A stretch of DNA of 64,000 nt, taken from NCBI GenBank assembly GCA_964016885.1, contig OZ024742.1, positions 71,982,001 to 72,046,000 of the forward strand, written 5' to 3'. The notes beneath the pieces are model-generated. The model was given only the letters and a program-made list of their open reading frames with translations, was not told where the DNA came from and ran no database searches. The stretch is from Eledone cirrhosa. Taxonomy: Eukaryota. The position numbers and the translations under genes were made by a program. Shown piece after piece: positions 13,701 to 24,767 of this stretch; position 1 is the first letter of the stretch; the number at the start of each line of letters is the position of its first letter.

Positions 13701-13761
13701 TATTTTATCTGATGAAAACGTACCAAAGTTTTGGTACCCTTGAAATATATATAATAGAATA
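13701..13761 (+). ncRNA. Type I hammerhead ribozyme, family A
   Basis: tattttat-CTGATGA-..gtaccaaa/tttggtac..-GAAA-TATATA-TA-atagaata. Confidence 0.7.
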
Positions 13762-13897
13762 AATATGGTTTTATAAATATAGTTTCCAATTATTTAATAT
13801 CATTGTATATATATGTAGCGAAATCTGTCCACGCCTTGAACCCTGGGTGACACCTAAAAGTCAAATTCTAGGTCACCATCCTCTTTGGTGAGACATT

Positions 13898-13963
13898 AGT
13901 TTCAGTGATCCCGTTAAGGGTGAAAGCAGCGATTCTTTGCTTAAACTTTAATCTGTTATTTTA

Positions 13964-14009
<46 letters not shown>

Positions 14010-14100
14010 TAAAATAACAGATTAAAGTTTGAGCAAAGAATCGCTGTTTTCACCCTTAACGGGATCTTCTGAAACTAAAAAAGTCAATCTGTGAACGCAG
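13898..14100. repeat. Inverted pair of family B HHR modules around (TA)n
   Basis: 13898-13965(+, core decayed to CAGTGA) faces 14010-14092(-, CAGAAGA). Confidence 0.7.
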
Positions 14101-14249
14101 AAGTAAATATTTCAAAAAACGTTAATCTGTTATTTTAATAAATATTTGCTCTACGGTTCTTATATATTTGATATATATTTATCCTTATCGCGCCCTCTTC
14201 GGATTTTAGTCTTCAAATTTATTATTACTCATCATCATCATCATCATCA

Positions 14250-14579
14250 TCATTTCATTTTACGCCCGCTTTTTCCCTGCTTGCAAGGGTGGGACGGGAA
14301 CTGATTCTGGCTTGATTTCTACAGCTGGATGCCCTTCCTAACACCAACCTCATTTACAGTGAGTGCTGGGTGCTTTTTTGCCGTGGCACCTCCACGACCA
14401 CTTTGCAGTGGAATGATAGGGACCCAGTCTTATCATCTCATTTCTACAGCTGAGTAAACTGGAGCAATGTGAAATAAAGTGTCTTGCTCAAGGAAACAAC
14501 ACGTCACCCGGTCTGAGAATTGAACTTACAACCTTTCGATTGCAAGACCAATGCTCTAACCACTAAGCCATGTGCCTCC
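14250..14579 (-). mobile_element. tRNA/CORE-type SINE family 1 (RTE-B tail)
   Basis: Reverse complement of the SINE at 36160; A box TGGCTTAGTGG, B box GTTCAATTC. Confidence 0.9.
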
Positions 14580-14675
14580 ATATATTTATACATATATATA
14601 TATATGTACGTTATTCCGGGTTGAATCAGAGGTAACCACAGTAAGTAAGGTACTCAGTACATAACAGAGTATAAA

Positions 14676-14808
14676 AGTTTTAATATAGATGAGATTCTAC
14701 AGGACTAGAACTGTTTCATTCTTTAGAAATCATCAGGAATCAGATTCCTGATGATTTCTAAAGAATGAAACAGTTCTAGTCCTGTAGAATCTCATCTATA
14801 TTAAAACT
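14676..14808. ncRNA. Perfect 133-bp palindrome holding two canonical hammerhead ribozymes, one per strand (family C)
   Basis: 66-bp arms around A14742; agattc-CTGATGA-tttctaaagaat-GAAACAG-ttctagtc-CTGTA-gaatct. Confidence 0.85.
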
Positions 14809-14820
14809 ATATATATATAT

Positions 14821-15183
14821 ATTGGGCTTGCAATCGAAAGGTTGTGGGTTCAATTCTCGGACTGGGCGATGTGTTGTTTCCTTGAGCAAGACACTTTGTT
14901 TCACGTTGCTCCAGTTTACTCAGCTGTAGAAAGGAGATGATAGGACTGGGGTCCCTATCGTTCCACTGAAAAGTAGACGTGGAGAAGCCATGGCAAAAAA
15001 AGCACCCAGTACTCACTGTAAATGAGGAAGGGCATCCAGCTGTAGAAATGAAGCCAGAATCAGTTCCCGTATGAGCTAGACAAGGTCAGCCGACCGGACA
15101 CTGCCCACAACAGGACAACCCGTCTAACCTATGCTAGCGTGGAAGAATGGACGTAAAACGGTGATGATGATGATGATGATGAT
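14821..15183 (+). mobile_element. SINE family 1, 5'-truncated, with RTE-A type tail
   Basis: Same head/core as 27485, but the tail matches 30790-30897; (GAT)n end. Confidence 0.85.
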
Positions 15184-16811
15184 ATATATATATTAGTATT
15201 GGTGCTCTGAAATAGTGATGTATACATAAATGTATGTATAGTATATTTGGGAATATACCGTATGTTTAATTAGAAATATTTAGAAGACCATTTGCTATTA
15301 ATTTTAAAGTAGTGACTATGTCACTTACTTATTTTCGTCTGGGAACTCTGGGAGAGTTAGCTTCTGTGTTCAACTGGAAGTTGCATAAAGTCTTTGTACC
15401 ATCACAGAGGAATAATGCAGATGTTCTCACCAGGGTGAAAACACAGACTTCAATAAATCACCACAAGAAAGAGCCTCAATTTACTTCTTCTGCTGACCTT
15501 TCACATCCAGTGCAGCTATCACTACCCAACAAATACTTAACACATTACTATTGTGTATTTTAGAACTTTCCAGTCTCTGTTACATATAGAGAAAAGAAAT
15601 TGGGGTTTTTCCTCGAGTTAGCTTTGCTAAAATTTCCCAAAGGCCAGGCCCTAGTGTTAAACTTGATTAAGGTTATTATTTGTTTATTTGGTCTGAATGA
15701 AATATAAGCCAAGGTGATGTTTCTAAGTCCCAGGCCAGCTTGATTGATCAGACCTATATTTAAAGGTGTTCCAACAGTGGCTATCATCTAAGATTAAAAT
15801 AAATGTTTATTATCAATACATGTGTTTCACACACAAAGTTGGCTTAAAAACCATTGATAATTACATAAATATGACAAAAAAAGATAAAAACAAAATTAAG
15901 TAATGAGAAAGAGGGGAAGGAATAAAGAAGGGCAGATATGGCTGGATGGGAAAGTAGAAGAAATGACTATAAATGCCATAAATGAAAGAAAAAGGAAGGG
16001 GAAAGCAAGAACTCTTGGGCCACAGAAGAAAAGTGGGGTGATGGGCTTTGGGTTAGGACGATGCGGTTTTGGGGCTGAACCCCGAGGACAAAACTGCAAA
16101 GGTTACATTGCTTAATGTGTTTTTTCCTTTTTTAAAGACAGTAGAATGTGATTTGGCTGCTATTTCAACCAAGTTAAACAATAAGGTGACTAGACTCACT
16201 TCTTTATACGTAATAATTATTTTGCCTGATGATATAGTTTTTATTTTACCATGGGCTGGATTCAACCTATGGAGCAAATTGATATAACTGAAGGTGTTTT
16301 TAAATGTATTAAATTATATGAGGGATCTTTAACGTACATCACCGGTGTCATTCAGGAGAGGGGAAACATTGTCAACGACACCGCCTACTTACTATTTCTA
16401 TAACTTTAATTAATTTAATTACATCTAGTGTAGCATTTATCTAATGTTAATGTATGTGGATAACATATGGTGACCTACACGTTTCATGATAGGTTTTTCC
16501 AAAACCTACATGATTAAATATTTCATTTAATCATAAACTACGTTACATCGTGAATTGGTTGTTCCGTATTTTACAAGGCAGCGAGAAATACATTTTAATC
16601 ACAAAGATATGATCGTTTAGATTTCCTGGCCCTTCTTGACTCTACAGTTCACTTGAAATATAAAGTACGTATTATTTGGAATGTTAATAGAGCAGACATA
16701 TGTACCTTTCTACTTTCCGTGGTGAACAATTCTGATTTATTAGGACTTTACGTACGCATACACGCATGTATACATACATTTCATTCCTCGACATCAGTCT
16801 TACGCTGTCAT

Positions 16812-16830
16812 AGTTTTTCTTATTTTACAG
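16812..16830 (+). promoter_or_regulatory. Candidate 3' splice acceptor for the ZNF coding exon
   Basis: tttttcttattttacAG polypyrimidine tract plus AG, ~345 nt before the ATG. Confidence 0.4.
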
Positions 16831-17174
16831 TTGTATCAACTGAGAATTCCATTACAATCTGTAGTAGAAGAACAACGATTTTACCAGAACGTCAGCTACC
16901 ATTCATTTATGGACACTATACTTTTAGCAGAGATAACACCCATTAAATATATCCACATTTCTTAACAGAAATAGAATTCTTGTTGTCTATAATGATATAT
17001 GTATGTGCCACTTGAACAGAACTTAGTTAGCAACAAGAATTCTAGTGGTATGTTGGAAACATTGGATATTTTCTCCACATGTAAACAGTCCAATGATATC
17101 TAAGACAAGAAACTGAACTATCACAGATTAGAATAAGATATTTTTCTACTTTGAAGAATTCCTCAAGAATTGCT

Positions 17175-18743
17175 ATGGAGGATGTTAATCACTTGGCGAC
17201 TTCTAACACACCTCTTTCTATCAATATAGATACCGTTACACTGACAAACAGTGGTGAGAAACTTGTACATAGTGAAACAAGTACTGAACAAGGATCATTA
17301 CACAGAAATATTCCTGAATATCGCTGTGAGATTTGTAAGAAGACTTTCTTTTCAGAAGATGAAATCTCCACACACAAAGAAATACACAACAAGGAAAAAC
17401 CTTTCAACTGTGAAATATGTGGGAAATATTTTGTATCTAACAGTGTCTTAACAAAGCATAAAAGAATACATACTGGAGAAAAACCCTTCCACTGTGAAAT
17501 ATGTGGGAAATCATTTATCACTAATAGTCACTTAAAAAGACATGAACAAATACATACTGGAGAAAAACCATATCATTGCGAAATATGTGGTAAATCTTTC
17601 TATGATAATTCTAAGTTTACAATTCACAAACGTAGTCACACTGGAGAAAAGCCCTATCATTGTGAAATGTGTAGAAAATCCTTTGTTGCCAACAGTCAGT
17701 TAACGCAACACAAAAGAATACACACCGGAGAAAACTTGTTTCACTGTGAAATATGTGGAACATGTTTTGTCTCTAATTCTAAGCTTACAATCCACAAACG
17801 TAGTCACACAGGAGAAAAACCATATCGATGTGAAATATGCGGGAAATCTTTTGTCAATAATAGTTATTTAACAAGTCATAAAAGAATACATACTGGAGAA
17901 AAACCTTTCCATTGTGAAATATGTGGCAAATCTTTCATGAAAAATTCTCAACTTGTTATCCACACAAGGACTCACACAGGGGAAAAACCCTATCACTGTG
18001 AAATATGTGGGAAATCTTTTGTCTATTGCAGTGCCTTAACAAAACACACAAGAATACACACTGGAGATAAACCGTTTCACTGTGAAGTTTGTGGAAAATC
18101 TTTTATTAATAATTCAAATCTGGATATCCATATGCGTAGTCACACGGGAGAAAAACCTTTCCACTGTGAAATATGTGGAAAATCTTTTATGGTGAATAGT
18201 AATTTAACAACACACAAAAGAATACACACGGGAGAAAAACCGTTTCACTGTGAAATATGTGGAAAATCATTTGTCTCTACTGGTGATTTAACAAAACACA
18301 AAAGAGTACACACTGGAGAAAAACCTTTTAACTGTGAAATATGTGGGAAATCTTTTATCAATAACTGGAATCTTGTTATCCACATACGTACTCACACTGG
18401 AGAAAAACCATATAATTGTGAAATATGTGGGAAATCATTCTCTTTTAACTCTAGTCTTGCAGTTCACAAACGTAGTCACACTGGAGAAAAACCTTTTCAG
18501 TGTGAAATATGTGGTAAATCTTTGATTAATGGTGCAAGTCTTGTAGTTCACAAACGTAGACACACTGGAGAAAAACCTTTCCCATGTGAGATGTGTGGGA
18601 AGTCTTTTGTTAATAATAGTGATTTACACAGACATAAAAGAATACACACTGGAGAAAAACCATATCATTGTAGAATATGTGGGAAATCTTTTATCACTAA
18701 GGGCCATTTAAAAAAACATGAACAGATACATGCTGGAGATTAG
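17175..18743 (+). CDS. Tandem C2H2 zinc-finger protein, 17 fingers, 522 aa from the first ATG
   Basis: Uninterrupted ORF of CxxC-x12-HxxxH repeats with TGEKP linkers; short N-terminus with no recognisable KRAB/SCAN/BTB domain; the track start at 17151 is TTG. Confidence 0.95.
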   Translation: MEDVNHLATSNTPLSINIDTVTLTNSGEKLVHSETSTEQGSLHRNIPEYRCEICKKTFFSEDEISTHKEIHNKEKPFNCEICGKYFVSNSVLTKHKRIHTGEKPFHCEICGKSFITNSHLKRHEQIHTGEKPYHCEICGKSFYDNSKFTIHKRSHTGEKPYHCEMCRKSFVANSQLTQHKRIHTGENLFHCEICGTCFVSNSKLTIHKRSHTGEKPYRCEICGKSFVNNSYLTSHKRIHTGEKPFHCEICGKSFMKNSQLVIHTRTHTGEKPYHCEICGKSFVYCSALTKHTRIHTGDKPFHCEVCGKSFINNSNLDIHMRSHTGEKPFHCEICGKSFMVNSNLTTHKRIHTGEKPFHCEICGKSFVSTGDLTKHKRVHTGEKPFNCEICGKSFINNWNLVIHIRTHTGEKPYNCEICGKSFSFNSSLAVHKRSHTGEKPFQCEICGKSLINGASLVVHKRRHTGEKPFPCEMCGKSFVNNSDLHRHKRIHTGEKPYHCRICGKSFITKGHLKKHEQIHAGD

Positions 18744-19030
18744 TATTTTGACTGTGAAACATGAGACACCTTTTTCTTACAAATCTAAATTTATTGTCCA
18801 CCAACATTTACACATTGGAGAATATTTGTGAAATATGTTGGAAATCATTCTCTTGGAAGTTTTATCCTGTAGTCTACAAATATGCTTTTGTTGAAGAGAA
18901 ACCCTTTCACTAAAATATTTGGGAAATTCTTAATTGTAAATTATAAATATAGTTGATAAATGAATATAGACTGAAAAAAATTATCAATATGAAATATATT
19001 AGAAACTATTCTCTAACTTCTAGTTTGTAA
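18744..19030 (+). pseudogene. Decayed zinc-finger repeats downstream of the ZNF stop
   Basis: tgtgaaaca..., cacattggagaa..tgtgaaatatgttggaaatcattctct, gagaaaccctttcac continue the finger periodicity with stops and indels. Confidence 0.75.
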
Positions 19031-19119
19031 TCTACCAATACACGCTGTAACCTACCAATACACATTATAATCTACCAATACTTACTGTTATTTGTTATTA
19101 AAGTTTCTTACAGTCACAT

Positions 19120-19530
19120 TAAACATGATGATAGAGAATACTGTGGTTGTGATATCATTGTTATGCTAATATTGTTATAGAGTTGCATATGATGGAGGAG
19201 GAAATGCAGAGAATTGGGCAAAATGGAGAAGCTTATGATGGGGCTTTGCAAGACTAACTCTAGATGTGAAGAGGAATGGTATGAGAGAGTTGGGACATGT
19301 ACTGATGGAGGATGAAAGTGACTGGGTGAGTTGAATAGAGCCAGTGATGAATTTTGTGAAGAGAAATGGAATGAGATAGTTGGGTCATGTGTTGAGGAAA
19401 GACGGAAGTGACTGGGTGAGAAGAGTAAAGGAAATGAATGTGGAAGGAAATAGATGAAGAGAGGACCAAAACCAAAAAAGACAGCTAAAGATGATGGTGG
19501 GAGAAATAAAAGCCAGTGGAGATGCAAAGT
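19120..19530 (+). mobile_element. Decayed RTE 3' fragment with internal tandem duplication
   Basis: Repeated ttggg(a/t)catgt..gga..gtgactgggtgag units resembling GHV..EDxDWV, then agaggaccaaaa (RGRPK-like). Confidence 0.45.
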
Positions 19531-20844
19531 ATGCAGTAAAATGGAGCAGCTTGCTATGAGACCCTGCAGGGCTAACTCCTCTTTTAGGAGGGAAAATAGC
19601 CTTAAAATGTTGTTGCATGTGTTTTACTTGCTGTTTAAGATTATTTAATCTGGTTGCCACTTCAATATTGGAGCATAGCTATTCAGTTGAGGCTTCTGAA
19701 CATAAATGATAGCTTGTAGCTATGGCTTTACTTGGGTAAATTTGGTATGACACAACATTGGTATTACTGATTAACCATTTCCTTACCATATCTTTAATGG
19801 AAGACAGTCTATAATTTGAAAATAATCAAGAATTTGGAGGGATTTAGTAAAATAACTAACTTTATCATTATTAAGTAGGTGTTTCAAACATTACAAATGT
19901 TCTTATATAAAATTATGATTTTTATACATAAGCACTTTAATACAAATAGTACAGTATCATAAAACCAAGGGCAGTTTCAGGTAGTTTAGTATCAAAAGAG
20001 TAAAGTATGAAATTGATAATTGCTTAAAAGGTCAGATTGTTATGACAACATTAAGCTCTGACTGAATTGGTTCAAAGTTTGCCCATGTCACTCTAGTAGT
20101 GGGTAGAAATCTCTAGGTTGGTGGACTTTTTAGATATTGGCTTGAATTCCTTGCCATTGCAACCTTTGTGTAGTCAGCCATCACGCCATTTCAAGGCCAG
20201 TTTTAACAACATCTGCTACCCAAAGCTTAATCTTGCTGTCCCTATCTCTTTTGCTTCTTTATCTCTCAGTAACAAATATGTAGCTATCATTGCTCCCACA
20301 ACACAATATCTTTTTTCCCCCGCTCATTACTGCCTCTCATTTCTCTAATGGTGGTGCCACAATAAAATACATTCAGTGAACTATGTAAAGTAGTAGTGCT
20401 GGTACCACAATAAAATGCAACCAGTACATTCTGTAAATAATAGTGCTGCTGTCACAATAAAATGCAACCAGTACACTCTGTTAAGTGGTTGTTGTTAGGA
20501 AGGATATTCAGGTGTAGAAACTATGCCAAAATATGGAATGTATGAGCAGGACATAGTTAGCCAACTATATTTTGTCCAAACCATGGAAAGCTGATATAAA
20601 ACAACGCTGATGCCTGTAAATCTGTAATTCTCGATGAATTGCAATTGTAGATGGAAAAGAAGGGTTCATCTCTGTTGTACTTCAGTGAGGGCCTATATCA
20701 ACCACTAAGCCATGCACCTTCATTTTTGACAAAAATAAGTACAGGGGTTGATATGATCAACTAAATACCTTGAAGGTGGTGTTCAGCATAGTCACAGTCA
20801 AATGACAACCCAGTAAAAGAATATCTTCTTCCTTTCTTCTCAAG

Positions 20845-21305
20845 ACATATCTGGTATAGTGTTGCTACATGCATACAGACATGTTTGATCACATTGCAGT
20901 ACTGCTTCTATATCTGGGACAGTGCAATAGTTACATACACAGAGACGCTAGATGACATTACAGTACTGCTGATATATCTGGGACAGCATTGTTTTTACAT
21001 ACACGTACAGACATCCTAGACCACATTACAGTACTGCTTCCAGTGGAACACAGACATTGGTTTGGTCATGTATTCCACTGCCCATAAGGTGAATTTATCT
21101 ATGATGTAGTCATGCCAGATCCCTCACTGCCTTCTATATCTGGGATTGTGCTGCTGAAAACGTACACAAATATCCTAGAGCATATTACAGTATTGCTTAT
21201 ATTTGGGACAGTGCTGATTTTACACAGGCATCCTAGACCACATTACAATACTACTCCCATATATGGGACAGGGTTGCTGTTATATACATAGACATCCTAG
21301 GCCAC
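20845..21305. repeat. Diverged minisatellite, ~60-70 bp unit
   Basis: Recurring atatctgggacag...agacatcctagaccacattacagtactgct. Confidence 0.8.
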
Positions 21306-23259
21306 TTTTACATTATATTTATTTTTCTTAGTTTACTCTACTCTATTTTTCATTCCTTTATTTCTAATTTGCATTGTACTGGCTTTCTCCAAACAATTCT
21401 AACCACATATTTCACATTGGTGTCTATTAACTATACTGATATTTCCATAATACTATTGTACTTCATACTTTCAAATTTAGATAACTTTCTCTGGATTCTT
21501 ATTTAAATAACAAATACATTTACTCTGAAAATTCATAGCATTATACCATATCATGTCCTTTGCAAAATAAATATTCATATGTATGAGCTGTAACAACAAC
21601 AATCTGCACATTTGTCAAACATTGAAGTCAGTGTCATCTTTCTTAAAAAATAAATGTTTAACTCTACTGTATTGAGAGTTTTTTCAGTTTATTCTTTCAT
21701 CACTCTTTTACTTGTTTCAGTCATTAGAATGCAGCTGTGATGGGACCATTCTTTAAAAGGTATTTTAGTCAATCATATTGGCCCTATTACTTTTTTTTTT
21801 TTTCTCAAATACAATACTTTTTTATTGCTTTCTTTTTATTGAACCACAAATTATGGGTCACAAACACAGACTGGGCACACACCCATACATGTATATTTAT
21901 ATTCTAAGGGTTTCTGCAGTTTCTGTCTACCAAATTCTACTTACAAAGTCTTGATCAACAGGCAGCTAGAGTGGAAGTTATTTGTCAAAATTGTTAAGCA
22001 GTAAGAGTGAACTCAAAACCACATAGCTGCAAAGTGAACTTAACCACACTGCCATGTCTGTTCCTATTTTTTAGCTTTTCATATATATCTAAAACATCTA
22101 TTTAATTTTTTTTACTGTTTAATCAGGGAGAGGAAGGCAGGGGCCCCAAGATGGGTGGGAAGGAAAGAGGAGAGTATTATCAAACCAGAGAATGGCCTGA
22201 ATGCTTGCAATAAAGTAGGCTCCACTAAAGACAGCCACTCAAGAGGCAGGTGAACCACATCATCTCTAGCTGCTCAGACTTTGCCAATCATCATTCTACA
22301 TCTGTTTTCCATGCTGGGTTGGACATTTGTGACAGCCAGAGACTAGATGTATCAAGGTACTACATCTTACTCATATGTTTCATTTTTGGTATGGTTCTAC
22401 AGTTGGATGCCTTCCTAATGTCAACAATTTTAAAGAGGTTACTGAGTGCATTTTATCATGGTGCCTGCGATACCACTTTATGGAGTGTACTGAGTGCATT
22501 TTATCATCACCCCAACAAGTCTGAATATATTCACATGAGAAATATATCCAATACTTTAATGTGAAAACAAGTGCTACTGCAACATGAGGTGTATATGTGT
22601 CTTGTAGAGAGTCCAGATATATGAATAGTACTCCGAGTTGTATTTGTGTGTTGTAGAGTATCTCAAAGATGTGACTAGTACTCTAGCATGAGTTGTATTT
22701 GTGTCTTATAGAGTGTTAGTAAATGTTCAATGCCAAAGTATTTTCTGTCCCTGAAGAAGAAACCTAGTTTTTGTGAGGTAAATTTTGGTTATGTTGATTA
22801 TGTGTAGTAGACAGGAAAGGTTATCAGAAATTATTCACACAAGGGAGGAGATTAGAAAATACATCACCACCCTTCAATAAAAATATATTACAAAGTGAGA
22901 ATAGTTTCAGCAATGAAATCCCAAAAGCAAAGTGGAACAGCTTATTTGATAGCTGTAAAATAAGAGTGAGATGAAGGAGAATGTAAGAAATGTAATCTCT
23001 CAATCCAGAGAATTAACAGTTCCGCCTGGAGTGACACTCCGACCTACACATTTTATCGAGTTATATTACTCCAAAGACCTTTTGAAGGAACCCCATTTCA
23101 GTCACTTATATTTGTGATCGTATTCTTTTAGTCATTACCCAAGATTCATAAACATAGGTAAGGGTTGGCACGAATACCAAATCGAAGACAGAGAGTTTGG
23201 CTTTTACACCTACCTCCCTTCTTCTGATTTACCAATGCTGACGTTGCACATACTGGGAC

Positions 23260-24150
23260 TGTGTGTTGGTTGGGTTTTTTACGGCTACTAGATGCCCTTC
23301 CTAAAACCAACCACGCTTACAGTGTGGAGCTGGGTGGCACTGTTATGAGGAGGGTCCGGCCAGTTGGCTGCACTGTATCCTGCTCTCAATGGAACCGTAT
23401 TTTGGGAGCTGGGTGGTCCCATTATGAGGGAGGTCTGGCAGTTGGTAGTGCCATGCCTTGCTCATAGTAGGGCCATGTTTAAGCTGAGTTTTTATGGTTG
23501 CTAGATGCCCTTCCCAACACCAACCACGTTTATATTGTGGAACTGGGTGGCACGATTATGAGACAAGTCTGGTCAGTTGGCTGTGCCATAACTTGCTCAA
23601 ACAGAACTGTATTTTGGTGGAATTTTTACAGCTGGATGTCTTTCTTAACACCAACCACATTTACAGTGTGGAGCAGGGTGTTCCTGTTAATGGACAAATC
23701 TGGCCAGATGGCCACACTTTACCTTGCACATATCAGGATTGTTTTGGCTTGGTGGCACTGTTATGAGGAGGGTCTGGCCAGTTGACTGCACTGTATTATG
23801 CTCACAGTAGAACCATCTTTTAAGATATGGGTGATCCCATTATAAGGGAAGTCTGGCCAGTTTGACACACCATACCTTCCACATAGTGAGGCTGTATTTA
23901 GGCTGAGATTTTATGGTTGTTGGATGTCCTTCCTAACACCAACATGTTTACAGTGAGGAGCTGGGTGGCACCGTTATAAGGAGCATCAGGCCAACTGGCC
24001 ATGCCATACCCTTCTCACAGCAGAACGGATTTGGGGTTGGTTTCTACAGCTGGATGCCCTTCCAAACACCAACCTCATTTACAGTGAGTACTGGGTGCTT
24101 TTTGTCATGACACCTAGATGACCACTTTACAGTGTGGGCTGGGGGCTTCA
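23260..24150 (-). repeat. Tandem array built from a SINE segment
   Basis: Repeated ggatgcccttcctaacaccaac..tttacagtg (the SINE family 1 body in reverse) joined to ggtggcactgttatgaggagggtctggccagttg units. Confidence 0.75.
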
Positions 24151-24299
24151 CTGGATGATGATGATGATATATATATATATATATATACATACACACACAC
24201 ACACATATATATATATATGAGGCATCAAAACATATCAAATATGTTTGATTTTTGTGCTTCTCAATAAAAAGGCTCTATAGACTTTGTCTAGAGCTATAA

Positions 24300-24760
24300 T
24301 AATTCAAAATCAAAATATATATATAGAGAAAGGACCATATATCCAAGAGAATTCACAAAATATTGTATATATACAAAGTACATATTTCGAAGAAAAACAT
24401 GTGCTCTAGATGGAAACAACAAAATTCCCTATTTCATGTCTTGTAAACTGCAACCTAAAATCAATCTATGTAATCGATCATCAATCACAAACTATCAATT
24501 TTGGTTAAGTTACAGGAGATGTAAGACAATCATCAGGAGAATCATCTTTTTCAAAAATAGTATATAAAACAATCTACCTGGGGGAAATTCAATGAACTTA
24601 CACCAAGCTAAAACAGCATGACGTTTATTCCACCAGGAGTGCATATTTTTTTTTGAAATATATGCTTTGTATATATACAATATATTGTGTATTCTCTTGG
24701 ATATATGGTCCTTTCTGTCTCTCTCTCTATATATACATATATCTTTTACTTTTGGATTAT
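24300..24760. repeat. Imperfect inverted repeat (~110-bp arms)
   Basis: gaaaggaccatatatccaagagaat (24328) versus attctcttggatatatggtcctttc (24691). Confidence 0.7.
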
Positions 24761-24767
24761 ATATATA

